Assembly (NCBI GenBank): GCA_900539255.1
Contig: UQBJ01000003.1
Span: forward strand, 22,058-86,057
Direction: 5' to 3'
Length of the DNA stretch: 64,000 nucleotides
Source: an uncultured Campylobacter sp.
GTDB lineage: Bacteria; Campylobacterota; Campylobacteria; Campylobacterales; Campylobacteraceae
Every line of letters starts with the position of its first letter. Position 1 is the stretch's first letter. The position numbers were made by a program, and so were the translations under genes. Positions 15,032 to 25,490 of the stretch are shown piece by piece. The notes below the pieces were generated by a model that searched no databases, was not told where the DNA came from, and saw only the letters and a list, made by a program, of their open reading frames with translations.

Positions 15032-16909
15032 TTGATGAAAGAATTTATAAAATTGCTCCAAGAAAATGATTTGCTTAAAATCATCGATGAAAGCGTGGAT
15101 ACCGAGCTTGAAATAGCGCACATTGCTTATGTGGAGGCGAAAAAGGGCGACAAGGGCAAGGCTTTGCTTTTTACAAAGCCCACGCATAAGGGGCAAGAGT
15201 TTGAATTTCCTGTGCTGATGAACACCTTTTGCAACGAAAAAGCCCTAAATTTAGCCTTTACGCGCCCTTATGATGAAGTAGCAACCCAAATAGCAAGCCT
15301 TTTAAAGCTTCATATACCAAAGACTTTTGGGGCGAAAATCGACTTTTTCAAAAGGCTTTTAAGCCTTAAAAATGTCCCGCCCAAACGCCTAAAAACAAAG
15401 GGCGAGTTTGAATTTAAAGAGCTAAAAAGCCTAAATGAACTGCCTATCTTAAAAACTTGGGAAAAAGATGCTGGTAAATTCATCACTATGGGGCAAATTT
15501 ACACGCAAAGTGTCGATAAAAAGCAAAACAACTTGGGTATGTATCGCTTGCAAGTAAGCGGTGAGCGCGAGCTTTTAATACACTGGCAAATCCACAAAGA
15601 CGGCGCGCACTTTTTCCACGAGTATAAAAAAGCTGGCTTAAAGCAAATGCCCGTGAGCGTTGCCATAGGCGGCGACCCGCTTTACATTTGGTGCGCACAA
15701 GCTCCGTTGCCAAAGGGCATTTTTGAGCTTTTGCTTTATGGCTTTATCAAAAAAAGCCCTGCAAGGCTTGCGCCGTGTCAAAATGGCATTTTCGTGCCAC
15801 ACGATGCTGACATTGTGATTGAGGGCTTTGTGGATTTAGATGAGTTTAAGATTGAGGGACCTTTTGGCGACCACACGGGCTTTTACACGCCTGCTGAGCC
15901 TTTTCCTGTGATGAAAGTGAGCCGAATTTTAGCCAAAAAAGACGCCATTTATCAAGCCACCGTTGTGGGAAAGCCCCCGCTTGAAGACAAGGTAATGGGG
16001 CTTGGCACTGAAAGGGTGTTTTTACCGCTCTTTCAAGCCACAACGCCTGATGTCATAGACTATAAAATGCCTGAAAATGGCGTTTTTCACAATCTCATCT
16101 TAGCTAAAATTCACTCTCATTACCCAGCGCACGCCACGCAGATAATGCACGCTTTTTGGGGTGTGGGGCAAATGAGCTTTGTCAAACACGCTATTTTTGT
16201 AGGGCAAAATGCGCCAAAGCTTGATGATTACGGCGCTCTTGTGCCTTATATCTTAAACCGCTTTGAGGCAAGCAAACTTTACATAAGCGAGGGCATTTGC
16301 GACCAGCTAGACCACGCTTCGCCAAATGCTTGTTTTGGGGGAAAGGCGGCACTTGATGCGACAAGCGAAAAAGAATGCGGCGAAAAGCTTGAAATTTTAA
16401 GCGATGAGGCGTTAAATGAGCTTTTTTCAAGCGAAATTCCACTTCTTGCTTTAAGGCAGTTTTATGCGGATACAAGCGCGCCCATAGTTTGCGTGCTACT
16501 TGATAAAAAAGAGCTTGTTAAAAAGAGCTTTGAAAGGCTTTTAAAATTTGCTAAACATTTTAAAATCGTTGTTTTTTTAGACAGCCACAACCGCTTGCAA
16601 AACCCTTATATGCTTGTTTGGCGCGTGGTAAATAATATCGATGCAAAAAGAGACATTTTCTTTGGCAAGGATTTTATAAGCGAAAATTTAAAGCAAAATT
16701 CAGTAAATTCTAGCGAAAAAAGTGTAAATTTAAATGAAAATTTAGCTGATTGCATAGGCATAGACGCCACAGCAAAGGGCGAGCTTGAAAAGCACCCAAG
16801 AAAATGGGCTTTGCAGGTTGATTGCACTCAAAAGGTTATCGAAGATTTAATCAAACGAAAACTCATTGACAAAGACAGCACACTTTTTGATAAATTCGAG
16901 CTTTTTTAA
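15032..16909 (+). CDS. ubiD: UbiD-family (prFMN-dependent) decarboxylase
   Basis: 625 aa carrying the UbiD family fold motifs. Same neighbourhood as C. jejuni Cj0546. Confidence 0.8.
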   Translation: MMKEFIKLLQENDLLKIIDESVDTELEIAHIAYVEAKKGDKGKALLFTKPTHKGQEFEFPVLMNTFCNEKALNLAFTRPYDEVATQIASLLKLHIPKTFGAKIDFFKRLLSLKNVPPKRLKTKGEFEFKELKSLNELPILKTWEKDAGKFITMGQIYTQSVDKKQNNLGMYRLQVSGERELLIHWQIHKDGAHFFHEYKKAGLKQMPVSVAIGGDPLYIWCAQAPLPKGIFELLLYGFIKKSPARLAPCQNGIFVPHDADIVIEGFVDLDEFKIEGPFGDHTGFYTPAEPFPVMKVSRILAKKDAIYQATVVGKPPLEDKVMGLGTERVFLPLFQATTPDVIDYKMPENGVFHNLILAKIHSHYPAHATQIMHAFWGVGQMSFVKHAIFVGQNAPKLDDYGALVPYILNRFEASKLYISEGICDQLDHASPNACFGGKAALDATSEKECGEKLEILSDEALNELFSSEIPLLALRQFYADTSAPIVCVLLDKKELVKKSFERLLKFAKHFKIVVFLDSHNRLQNPYMLVWRVVNNIDAKRDIFFGKDFISENLKQNSVNSSEKSVNLNENLADCIGIDATAKGELEKHPRKWALQVDCTQKVIEDLIKRKLIDKDSTLFDKFELF

Positions 16910-16973
16910 GACATAAAATTTGCACTCACATTGATAAATTCGAGTTTTTAAGGTGTAAAAGCAAATTTAGCAC

Positions 16974-18269
16974 TCACAGCACTTCGCCGTAAAGCACCAT
17001 TCTACGCGGATTTGTGATTTTAACCCTTTTCATTTGCCCCAAAAATTCAGCTCCTCCTTGTGTTTGGACTAAAAAGTTATTATCACTTCTGCCCGCTACG
17101 CCATTTTCGCGCTGTTCTTCAAACAGCACCTCAAATTCTTTAAGCCTTTGACGCGCCACAATCTCATCTAAAATCTCATTTTGTCGCCCTTGTAGCTTAC
17201 TCAAACGCCTTGTGGCAAGCTCTGGCTCGATTTGCCCGCTCATTAAAGCCGCCTTTGTAAGCGGACGCGGCGAGTATTTAAAGGAAAAAATTTGCTCAAA
17301 ACGCACCTCATTCATCACTTCAAGCGTATCCTCAAAGTCCTTTTCGCTCTCATTTGGAAAGGCGACAATTATATCTGTTGAAATGCTGGCGTTTTCGCAC
17401 ATTTTTCGCACCTTTAAGGCTTTTTCTAAATACCACTCACGCGTATAACCGCGTTTCATCGCCTTTAATACGGCATTTGAGCCACTTTGCAAGGGCAGGT
17501 GCAAGGCTTTGCAAATTTTTTCATTGTGCGTAAAAACTTCTAAAAATTTATCATCAATGTGTAAAGGGTGCGGGCTTGTAAAGCGAATTCGCTTCAAATT
17601 TGGAATTTCACTAAGCCTTGTAAGCAAGTCGGCAAAGTCCATTTTTTCGTGTGCTTTTGAAAAATACTTGCCATAATTATTGACATTTTGCCCCAGCAAA
17701 AAAAGCTCTTTTGCGCCCTTATCCACAGCCTTTTGCGCCTCATCAAAAATCAACGAAAAAGGTATGGAGATTTCCTCCCCACGCGTGTGTGGCACTATGC
17801 AGTAAGTGCAGTGTTTGTCGCAGCCTATCATTATGTTGATAAAGCTTTTATAAGGGCTTGAACGAAATTCAGCAAAGGCAAACTCGCTCTCATCGTAGTT
17901 TATGTCCGTGCCAAGAAATTTTGGCGTTTTAACAGCGCGTGTGATTTGAGAGACATTGCGCGCACCCAGCACAAAATCAACATTTGGAGCTTTTTTAAAA
18001 ATCTCAGCCCCCAAATGCGAAGCCGTGCAACCGCACACGCCGATTTTCGCGCCCTTTTTTTTGAGCTTTTCAAAGCCACCGATTTCAGAAAAAAGCTTAT
18101 GCACGGGTCTTTCACGCACGGAGCAGGTGTTGATGAGTATTAAGTCCGCAGTTTCAGGCTCGTTTGTTAGGGCATAATCTTCTTTTTGGCTCAGCTCAGC
18201 GATGATATGCTCGCTATCTCGCACATTCATCGCACAGCCAAGTGTCTGTATATAGAGCTTTTTACTCAA
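16974..18269 (-). CDS. miaB: tRNA methylthiotransferase, radical-SAM MiaB family
   Basis: 431 aa with an N-terminal MTTase Cys triad (CAMN...C..C), a radical-SAM CxxxCxxC motif (CDKHCTYC) and a C-terminal TRAM-like region. Confidence 0.85.
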   Translation of the reverse strand: MSKKLYIQTLGCAMNVRDSEHIIAELSQKEDYALTNEPETADLILINTCSVRERPVHKLFSEIGGFEKLKKKGAKIGVCGCTASHLGAEIFKKAPNVDFVLGARNVSQITRAVKTPKFLGTDINYDESEFAFAEFRSSPYKSFINIMIGCDKHCTYCIVPHTRGEEISIPFSLIFDEAQKAVDKGAKELFLLGQNVNNYGKYFSKAHEKMDFADLLTRLSEIPNLKRIRFTSPHPLHIDDKFLEVFTHNEKICKALHLPLQSGSNAVLKAMKRGYTREWYLEKALKVRKMCENASISTDIIVAFPNESEKDFEDTLEVMNEVRFEQIFSFKYSPRPLTKAALMSGQIEPELATRRLSKLQGRQNEILDEIVARQRLKEFEVLFEEQRENGVAGRSDNNFLVQTQGGAEFLGQMKRVKITNPRRMVLYGEVL

Positions 18270-18517
18270 AGAATATGCACCTCATACATATAATCACTCT
18301 CATCAAGTCCGTATTTAACGGGGCGATGATATACGCTAAACCCTTTTTTTTCAAAGTTTTGCACGAGTGCTAGCATTTGTTTGTGCGTGTTTTCCTTGTC
18401 AAAATAAAAAAAGCTTTGTCCTTCTTGGGCGAGCTTTTCTTCGATTTTAGCTAGGCTGATAGTCTTTGGCTTGCCGTTTGCTAGGTTTCTGGCTAGCTTT
18501 AAATCTTTGATTTCCAT
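18266..18517 (-). CDS. Small conserved hypothetical protein (83 aa), co-transcribed with miaB
   Basis: ATG at 18517 preceded by AAAGGAAAAA. There is a 4-bp overlap with the miaB start. No recognised domain. Confidence 0.45.
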   Translation of the reverse strand: MEIKDLKLARNLANGKPKTISLAKIEEKLAQEGQSFFYFDKENTHKQMLALVQNFEKKGFSVYHRPVKYGLDESDYMYEVHIL

Positions 18518-18597
18518 AGTTTTTCCTTTAAAGTTAAATTTAAAGCACAATTTTAGCAAATTTATAGTAAAATTCATAAAAATTTAAAGGAAAATTT

Positions 18598-20754
18598 ATG
18601 CAATACACTATCGAACTCAACAATCACAGCGAAATTTTCGATGTGGATAAGGTCGCTAAGCAAGCAGCTGGTGCTGTTTTGTTAAGGCAAGGCAAAAGCG
18701 TGGTTTTAGCCACAGTCGCTCACGAGGACAAGCCTGTGGAGGAGGATTTTTTGCCCTTAACGGTGCAATATATCGAAAAAGCCTACGCAGCGGGGCGAAT
18801 CCCCGGCGGCTACATAAAGCGCGAAACCAAGCCAAGCGACAGCGAAACGCTCACAGCGCGTATCATCGACAGAAGTTTGCGCCCGCTTTTCCCAAAGGGC
18901 TATGCTTATCCTACTCAAATCGTGGTGCTGGTGCTTTCGTGCGATAGTGAAGTGGATTTGCAAGTGATGAGCCTAAATGCCGCAAGTGTCGCGCTGTATC
19001 TTAGCGACATACCGATGAAAGACCCTGTTTGTGGCGTGCGCATCGCAAGAATCAACGATGAATTTAAGCTCAATCCCACAAACACGGAGCTTAAAAAATC
19101 AACCCTTGATTTGTTTGTCTCTGGCGTGAAAGATGAGCTTTTGATGATAGAAATGCGCGCCCTGCCAAGTGAGGGCGAGTTTATCCCTGTGGTTGCGCCT
19201 TTTGCGGGCATTGACGGGCAGAGCATTCAAAATATGAACGAGTTGAGCGAGGACGAGATAGTAAATGCCCTAAATTTAGCCCAAAAAGCCATAGAAAACG
19301 GCTCAAACGCTTACGAAGAAGCATTTAGCAAACACAGAAAAAATGGCGAATTCGAGCTAAAAGAAGAAAACGAAAACGAACAAATCATCAAATTTATCGA
19401 GCAAAACTACCTTGCAAAGATGCGTGAGGCTATCACGCAAATGGCAAAAAGCGAGCGAGCGAGCGAGTTAAACAAAATCGCCAAAGAAATCGTAAATTTA
19501 GAGCTTGCCGAGCAAAACGAATGGGACGAGGAAGCGGTGAGCAAGGCTTTAAACAAGGTTAAACGCACCATCGTGCGCTCACTCATCATCAACGAGGGCG
19601 TTCGCGCGGACGGACGCGCCTTAAACGAAGTGCGCCCCATCAGCATAGAAACAAATATCTTGCCAAACGCTCACGGCTCGTGTCTTTTCACGCGCGGACA
19701 AACGCAAGCCCTTGTCGTAGCGACATTAGGCAGTGAAAATGACGCTCAAATGTCCGATTTGCTTACCGAAACGGGCGCACACGCTGAAAGATTTATGGTA
19801 AATTATAATTTTCCCGGCTTTTCAGTAGGCGAGGCAAGCCCGATAAAAGCACCGGGCAGGCGTGAGCTAGGACACGGAAACCTTGCAAAAAGGGCGTTGT
19901 ATCCAAGTGTCGATGAGGCTTATCCCTATGTTATCCGCCTTGTGAGCGAAATTTTAGAAAGCAACGGCAGTAGTTCAATGGCTACGGTGTGCGGCGGTGC
20001 GCTTGCGTTGCGAGCTGCTGGCGTGCCAAGCATAAAACTTGTGGCGGGAGTGGCTATGGGGCTTATCTTTGAAGAGGGCAAATCAGCCGTGCTTACCGAT
20101 ATAATGGGGCTTGAAGACCACGATGGCGATATGGATTTTAAAGTAGCTGGCTCAAAAGACGGCGTAACCGCACTTCAAATGGATATAAAGCTAGGCGGTA
20201 TCGACCAAGACACGCTCAAAAGGGCTTTGTATCAAGCAAAAGAAGCGAGAATGCACATTTTAGGCATTATGGAGCAAGCAGAGCAAGAAATTGTGGTAAA
20301 TGAAGAGATTTTGCCAAAACTTGAACTTTTTAGCGTAGATCCTTCCAAAATAGTCGATATCATCGGGCAAGCGGGCAAAACTATAAAAGAAATCATCGAA
20401 AAATTCGGCGTTTCGATTGATTTAGACCGCGAAAAGGGCGAAGTGAAAATCGCAGGAGCTGGCGGCGAGCAGGTAAAAGCGGCGAAAGATTATATCATAC
20501 AAATCACCTCCAAAGAAAGCAAATTCGGCAAAAAACGCGAGTTTCGCAAGGACTATCCGCCTTTTGAAGTGGGCGAGGAATTCAACGGGCGCGTGAAAAG
20601 CATAGTGCCTTTTGGGGCGTTTGTGGAGCTGCGAGACGGCGTTGATGGCTTGCTGCACGCGTCCAAAATCAAAGGCGCGCTCAGCGAGGGCGATGAGGTG
20701 CGCGTTTGCGTGCGAGAAGTGAAAAACGGCAAGGTGTCGCTGGATTTAGCCTGA
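18598..20754 (+). CDS. pnp: Polynucleotide phosphorylase
   Basis: 718 aa with two RNase PH domains and C-terminal KH and S1 domains ([15 protein letters not shown]). Confidence 0.95.
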   Translation: MQYTIELNNHSEIFDVDKVAKQAAGAVLLRQGKSVVLATVAHEDKPVEEDFLPLTVQYIEKAYAAGRIPGGYIKRETKPSDSETLTARIIDRSLRPLFPKGYAYPTQIVVLVLSCDSEVDLQVMSLNAASVALYLSDIPMKDPVCGVRIARINDEFKLNPTNTELKKSTLDLFVSGVKDELLMIEMRALPSEGEFIPVVAPFAGIDGQSIQNMNELSEDEIVNALNLAQKAIENGSNAYEEAFSKHRKNGEFELKEENENEQIIKFIEQNYLAKMREAITQMAKSERASELNKIAKEIVNLELAEQNEWDEEAVSKALNKVKRTIVRSLIINEGVRADGRALNEVRPISIETNILPNAHGSCLFTRGQTQALVVATLGSENDAQMSDLLTETGAHAERFMVNYNFPGFSVGEASPIKAPGRRELGHGNLAKRALYPSVDEAYPYVIRLVSEILESNGSSSMATVCGGALALRAAGVPSIKLVAGVAMGLIFEEGKSAVLTDIMGLEDHDGDMDFKVAGSKDGVTALQMDIKLGGIDQDTLKRALYQAKEARMHILGIMEQAEQEIVVNEEILPKLELFSVDPSKIVDIIGQAGKTIKEIIEKFGVSIDLDREKGEVKIAGAGGEQVKAAKDYIIQITSKESKFGKKREFRKDYPPFEVGEEFNGRVKSIVPFGAFVELRDGVDGLLHASKIKGALSEGDEVRVCVREVKNGKVSLDLA

Positions 20755-20769
20755 ATTTAGCAAAAGCAA

Positions 20770-22038
20770 ATGTTTCAAAGCAAGACTTATGAAATCAGCT
20801 CCACAGACGACATAGAACTTGGCATAAGGCGTTACTCAAAGCTCGAATTTAAGGTGAGTTTTGATGATACAAAGCCGATGAAAGCCTTGTTTGTCTTTAT
20901 CAACGGCATTAGAGATGAGGATTATGCGGGCTATGAGGAACATTTGGCTGAATTTGTGGTGCAAACTTATGGCGTGGCAGTGCTTCGAGTAGATTATCAC
21001 TGCATAGGCTTTCGCCCGCAAACGGGGGCGACTTTTTATATGGACAAAAGAGACAAGGAAATTTTCAAGGCACAATGCAGCGAAATCGCTCAGCATTGCG
21101 ACATAGAGCTGAATTTGCCCGATGACTTGTCAAATGATGAAAATTTAGGGCAAAATGAAAGCTACGCCCTTTTAACCAGCCTTAACGACATTATTTTAGA
21201 GCTTAAAAACGCCCACAAAATTCCACAAGACTACCGCTCGCCGCTATCCATAAGTTTGCAGCCTACCAAAAACGAGTATCAAAACTTTGGACTTATGCAA
21301 GCCCTTGACATAATCAACGCCATTTATTTTGTGCGAAAGCACCACGCTGAATTTAAGCTCGCTAAAACGCCCAAAACCTTGCTCTTTGGCACTTCGCACG
21401 GAGGCTATCTTGGCTTTTTGTGCGCTAAATTTGCTCCGTGGCTCATAGATGCAGTAGTGGAAAATTCAGGCTATGCAAATGCGCCGTTGAGATTTTTGGG
21501 CTTTGGCAAGGAATTTGATTATAAGGCTTGCTTTGAAAGCAGCACGGCAAGTATGTTTGACCATCTTGCCATCTTTGTCTTTACCAAAACCTTTTTCACA
21601 AGCGTTCAAAGCTCGCCAAAGTGCTACACCGAAGCGCACGACAAAATCCGCTCTTTGCCAGAACTCGACCACCTGCAAACGCAAGCTGCTTGCCACAAAG
21701 CCGTTTTCGTGTCTTACCACAGCGCAAGAGACTTTGACATAGCCCGCCCAGAGCCAAAACAAAGGCTTTATCAAATGCTTGCTAAACTTGACTTTGACGC
21801 CACTTTGCACTTGATAAAAGATGAAGGCGAAGTTGATGGCAAATTCATCAAAAATTTAAAGCACGGAATGGATATGTCCTTAAAAACGCTCATCAAAAAA
21901 GAGCTGCCGCCCTTGCTTGCCCGAAAATTCACACATAAAAAGAGTGAGAAACACGAAATCACCTACAAAAGCGAGAATTTAGAGTATAAATTCAAAGAAA
22001 AGGCTGATAGCATCGAGCTTGTCATCAAAAAACTCTAA
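20770..22038 (+). CDS. Alpha/beta-hydrolase-fold protein of a Campylobacter-restricted family (DUF2920 / Cj0617-Cj1305-like, by recollection)
   Basis: 422 aa with a GxSxG nucleophile elbow (LLFGTSHGGYLG). The N-terminus YEISSTDDIELGIRRYSKLEFKV resembles motility-accessory '617 family' proteins. Accessory context immediately after pnp. Confidence 0.45.
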   Translation: MFQSKTYEISSTDDIELGIRRYSKLEFKVSFDDTKPMKALFVFINGIRDEDYAGYEEHLAEFVVQTYGVAVLRVDYHCIGFRPQTGATFYMDKRDKEIFKAQCSEIAQHCDIELNLPDDLSNDENLGQNESYALLTSLNDIILELKNAHKIPQDYRSPLSISLQPTKNEYQNFGLMQALDIINAIYFVRKHHAEFKLAKTPKTLLFGTSHGGYLGFLCAKFAPWLIDAVVENSGYANAPLRFLGFGKEFDYKACFESSTASMFDHLAIFVFTKTFFTSVQSSPKCYTEAHDKIRSLPELDHLQTQAACHKAVFVSYHSARDFDIARPEPKQRLYQMLAKLDFDATLHLIKDEGEVDGKFIKNLKHGMDMSLKTLIKKELPPLLARKFTHKKSEKHEITYKSENLEYKFKEKADSIELVIKKL

Positions 22039-22051
22039 ATTTCAAGCGAAA

Positions 22052-22210
22052 TTTGTGCTTTGCAAATTTTAAATAAAATTTTTGCTTTATAAATTTAAAG
22101 TGAAAATTTTGCTTTACAAATTCAAAGTGGAATTTGTGCTTTGTAAATTTAAAGTGGAATTTATGCTTTATAAATTTTTAGGGAAAATTTGTGTTTGTGT
22201 AAATTTAAAG
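22052..22210. repeat. Degenerate tandem repeat, ~27-bp unit tgctttayaaatttaaagtggaattt x ~6
   Basis: Direct reading. The repeat translates into a spurious ORF at 22082-22273. Confidence 0.8.
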
Positions 22211-22231
22211 ACTATTTTCTCAAAGGCACTA

Positions 22232-22325
22232 CTTGTCATACTGAGCTTTCGCAAGAAAGCGAAGTATCCATAATTTTAAAGTGTTTTGAATTCTGTGGAT
22301 TTTTCGCTACGCTCAAAATGACAAA
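22232..22325 (+). repeat. Dispersed imperfect-palindrome element, copy A
   Basis: TTGTCATACTGAGC-[ctttc gcaa gaaag mini-hairpin]-GCGAAGTATCCA ...~25 nt... TGTGGATTTTTCGC-tac-GCTCAAAATGACAA. The two arms are near reverse complements. The same element occurs at ~31142, ~43508 and ~57607. Confidence 0.8.
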
Positions 22326-22482
22326 AGGAAATTTTTTGCTGCGGCTTGCGCCTTGCTCTAAAAGAACTAGCCGCAAAAATCACGCCAAAAATTTATGAGT
22401 ATGGTTTTTTGCATAAGTAAAATTTAAAAAAGATAAAAAATTTAAGGTATAATGACACTTAAAATTTTGCAAAGGACACAAA

Positions 22483-22671
22483 ATGACAATAACCCTAACA
22501 AATGTCAAAGAAGAATTTTTGCCAAATGTCAAGGAATTTAGCAAGTCAATCAACGCTGAATTTCAAATCAACGCCGAAAAACCGAGCTTTGAAAAAGTGC
22601 GCGAAAATTTAAAAGCGAATTTGCAAAAGCCTGAAAATTACGCCGTATTTGAAAGGCTTAAAGACAAATGA
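22483..22671 (+). CDS. Putative antitoxin of Phd/Doc-like type II TA module
   Basis: 62-aa ORF with its own TATAAT at 22448-22453 and RBS AAAGGA. There is an ATGA overlap with the downstream Doc-family toxin. The antitoxin family was not recognised by sequence. Confidence 0.5.
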   Translation: MTITLTNVKEEFLPNVKEFSKSINAEFQINAEKPSFEKVRENLKANLQKPENYAVFERLKDK

Positions 22672-23051
22672 ACTACCTTTCGTTTGATGAAGCCATCATC
22701 TTGCATAATGACATAATGAAGCAAATGCAAGGGCTTGTGGGGTTTAACAAGGCACAAGTTAGCTACTTGCAATCTGCGCTAGAACATATACAAAATGATG
22801 AATTTTACCCTGAATTTTTGGATAAACTTACCCATTTAGTCTTTGCTTGCGTGAAATTTCACCCTTTTTTAGACGGCAACAAACGCAGCGCCATTTACCT
22901 AGCTCACGCTTTTATAGAACTCAATGCGCCTGAAATTCTGCCTGATGATTTTTATCAAAGGCTTGAAAATGTCGTTGTCGATGTGGCAAGCGATAAGATG
23001 AGCAAAGACGAGCTAAAAGCCTTTTTAAAAGGCATTTTAAAGCAAATTTAA
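22668..23051 (+). CDS. Doc (death-on-curing) / Fic-fold toxin
   Basis: 127 aa carrying the Doc signature HPFLDGNKRSA (HxFx[DN]GNKR). Confidence 0.8.
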   Translation: MNYLSFDEAIILHNDIMKQMQGLVGFNKAQVSYLQSALEHIQNDEFYPEFLDKLTHLVFACVKFHPFLDGNKRSAIYLAHAFIELNAPEILPDDFYQRLENVVVDVASDKMSKDELKAFLKGILKQI

Positions 23052-23061
23052 AGGACAAACT

Positions 23062-23946
23062 ATGCCATATCTTGTTTTCGTTACTTTTTTGTGGGCGTTT
23101 TCGTTTCCCTTAATCGGCTATTTCATTAGCGGACAAATGGACAGCTTTTTTGCGGCGTTTTTCCGCGTGTTTTTGGCGTTTTTGGTGTTTTTGGTGTTTT
23201 TGAATTGGCGTGTGTCAAACGCCTTAAAAGTCCAGCTGATGAGCATCGGCGCACTACAAATAGGCATAATGTATCTTTTTTATTATCACTCATTTTTGTA
23301 TTTAACCGTGAGCGAGGTTGCCCTTTTTACCATTTTCACGCCCTTTTATGTGAGCCTTGTTTATGATTTTTTCGCGCGCCGTTTTCGTCCGCTTTATCTC
23401 ATAAGCATTAGCCTGTGCGTGTTTGGAGCGTTTATCATCAAATTTGGCGCGATAAATTCGCACTTTTTGACAGGCTTTTTGCTCATACAAATGGCAAATT
23501 TAGCCTTTGGCACGGGGCAAAGCCTTTATAAAATCGTGCTTGAATACCACCGTATCCCTAGCCAACGCAGCATTTTTGGGTATTTCCACTTAGGTGCGGC
23601 GCTCATCACCGCACTAGCCTTTTTTACTATCGGCGACACGCAAAATCTCCCCAAAAATGCTTCATCTTGGATAGTGCTGTTTTATCTAGGGCTTGTGGCA
23701 AGCGGGCTTGGATACTTTATGTGGAACAAGGGCGCGACACTTGTGGATAGCGGCATTTTAGCCATAATGAACAACGCCCTAATCCCAGCAGCCATCATCG
23801 CTAACGCCCTTTTAGTCGCCCTTTTCTTCCCCGAAAAAAGCGTGGAATTTAGCACCGCAGAATGTGTGAAAATCACGCTTGGCACGCTGATAATGTTTTT
23901 TTCATTGTGGCTACACTATAAAATCATCAAGCGGTATGAAAGATAA
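23062..23946 (+). CDS. EamA/DMT-superfamily transporter
   Basis: 294 aa with ~10 TM segments and a duplicated EamA-like architecture. Confidence 0.7.
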   Translation: MPYLVFVTFLWAFSFPLIGYFISGQMDSFFAAFFRVFLAFLVFLVFLNWRVSNALKVQLMSIGALQIGIMYLFYYHSFLYLTVSEVALFTIFTPFYVSLVYDFFARRFRPLYLISISLCVFGAFIIKFGAINSHFLTGFLLIQMANLAFGTGQSLYKIVLEYHRIPSQRSIFGYFHLGAALITALAFFTIGDTQNLPKNASSWIVLFYLGLVASGLGYFMWNKGATLVDSGILAIMNNALIPAAIIANALLVALFFPEKSVEFSTAECVKITLGTLIMFFSLWLHYKIIKRYER

Positions 23947-24050
23947 CTCTGTGCCTTTTAAGATACTTGCCAAAGCCGTTTAAAACTTGCCTTAAAATCA
24001 AGTTTTATTTCAAAGAAATTTAAGCTTGCCCTTAAATTTCAAGCTCAGCT

Positions 24051-24386
24051 TTAAATTTCAGGCTTTTCCTTAAAGCCAGCTAAAAAGTGAAAATGCAAGT
24101 GAAAGACTTCTTGTCCAGCGCCCACACCGCAGTTTGTAACGAGTTTATAGCCCGTTTTGTCAGCTCCCGTTAAAAGGGCAAGTTCTTGGATAAAGCTCGT
24201 CATCTTCGCCATTTGCTCGGGGCTAAACTCTTGAAAGTCCCTACAATAAGCCTTTGGAATCACCAAAATATGCACGGGCGCTTTTGGATTTATATCATCA
24301 AACGCCAGAAATTCATCACTTTCAAGCCTTTTGTTGCTTGGAATTTCGCCCGCCACGATACGCTCAAAAATCGTTTTTTCTCTCAT
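24051..24386 (-). CDS. HIT-family (histidine triad) nucleotide hydrolase
   Basis: 111 aa with the histidine triad HLHFHFL. Confidence 0.85.
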   Translation of the reverse strand: MREKTIFERIVAGEIPSNKRLESDEFLAFDDINPKAPVHILVIPKAYCRDFQEFSPEQMAKMTSFIQELALLTGADKTGYKLVTNCGVGAGQEVFHLHFHFLAGFKEKPEI

Positions 24387-24497
24387 TTTGTGTCCTTTGA
24401 AAAGAAAAATTTTTAAAATTATACCTTATTTTTGTAGATATTGTTGAAAAATTTAGGTAAAATAACAGCTTATCACTTTATCATCGAAAGGGTAAAT

Positions 24498-25490
24498 TTG
24501 CAAAAAATTATTGACGAGATACACGCTTGTCAGAGTTTAGACGAGCTTGAAAAAATCCGCATAAGCGTGCTTGGCAAAAAGGGAAGCTTGACTTTGCAGT
24601 TTGGCAAGCTCAAAGATTTGGACGGCGAAGCAAAGAAAAAGTTCGCCAGCACCCTAAACACAGACAAAAACACATTTAACGAAGCCTACGAAGCCCGTAA
24701 AAAAGAGCTTGAAACGCTTTTTTTAGACGGCGATATGCGTAAGGGCGCACAGAATTTCAGTTATTTTGACGAAAACACCAAAGCAGGCGCATTTCACCCT
24801 GTAAATTCAACTATGGATAAAATCATCGATTATTTTGTGAGCCTAAATTTCAGCGTTGAAAAGGGACCTTTGATAGAAGATGACTTTCATAATTTTGAAG
24901 CCCTAAATTTACCCAAATCTCACCCCGCGCGCGATATGCAAGATACCTTTTATTTTGATGATGGCAAACTTTTACGCACTCAAACTTCGCCCGTGCAAAT
25001 CCGCACAATGCTCGCTCAAAAGCCACCCATTCGTATGATAGCCCCTGGTGCAGTGTTTAGGCGGGATTTTGACTTAACGCACACGCCTATGTTTCATCAG
25101 GTTGAAGGGCTTGTGGTAGAAAACGGACAAAAGGTGAGTTTTGCGAATTTAAAAAGCGTTTTGGTGGAGTTTTTACACTACTTTTTTGGCGATGTCAAGG
25201 TGCGCTTTCGCCCAAGTTTCTTTCCTTTCACGGAGCCGTCCGCAGAGGTTGATATATCTTGTGTGTTTTGCAAGGGTGCGGGCTGTCGTGTTTGCAAGCA
25301 AACGGGCTGGCTTGAAGTGCTAGGGTGTGGGGTTGTAGACCCAAATGTTTATAATTTTGTGGATTATAAAAATGTCAGCGGTTATGCTTTTGGGCTTGGT
25401 GTGGAGCGTTTTGCAATGCTTTATCATCAAATACCAGACTTGCGTTCGCTTTTTGAGGGAGATTTAAGACTTTTGGAGCAGTTTAGATGA
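24498..25490 (+). CDS. pheS: Phenylalanyl-tRNA synthetase alpha subunit
   Basis: Class II aaRS motifs are present. The start is probably TTG at 24498 (RBS AAAGGG 6 nt upstream), giving 330 aa. The ORF track extends to 24441. Confidence 0.88.
   Translation: MQKIIDEIHACQSLDELEKIRISVLGKKGSLTLQFGKLKDLDGEAKKKFASTLNTDKNTFNEAYEARKKELETLFLDGDMRKGAQNFSYFDENTKAGAFHPVNSTMDKIIDYFVSLNFSVEKGPLIEDDFHNFEALNLPKSHPARDMQDTFYFDDGKLLRTQTSPVQIRTMLAQKPPIRMIAPGAVFRRDFDLTHTPMFHQVEGLVVENGQKVSFANLKSVLVEFLHYFFGDVKVRFRPSFFPFTEPSAEVDISCVFCKGAGCRVCKQTGWLEVLGCGVVDPNVYNFVDYKNVSGYAFGLGVERFAMLYHQIPDLRSLFEGDLRLLEQFR

Noticed and set aside
22232-22325. Integron attC sites as the identity of the hairpin elements
   Set aside because: There are no R''/R' core sites (RYYYAAC/GTTRRRY) and no extrahelical-base architecture. 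No integrase is in the window, and the elements sit between unrelated housekeeping genes.
22082-22398. ORFs 22082-22273 and 22189-22398 (63 and 69 aa) in the ORF track
   Set aside because: They are translations of the 27-bp tandem repeat (LYKFKV repeated) and of the hairpin element. There is no RBS or plausible protein.
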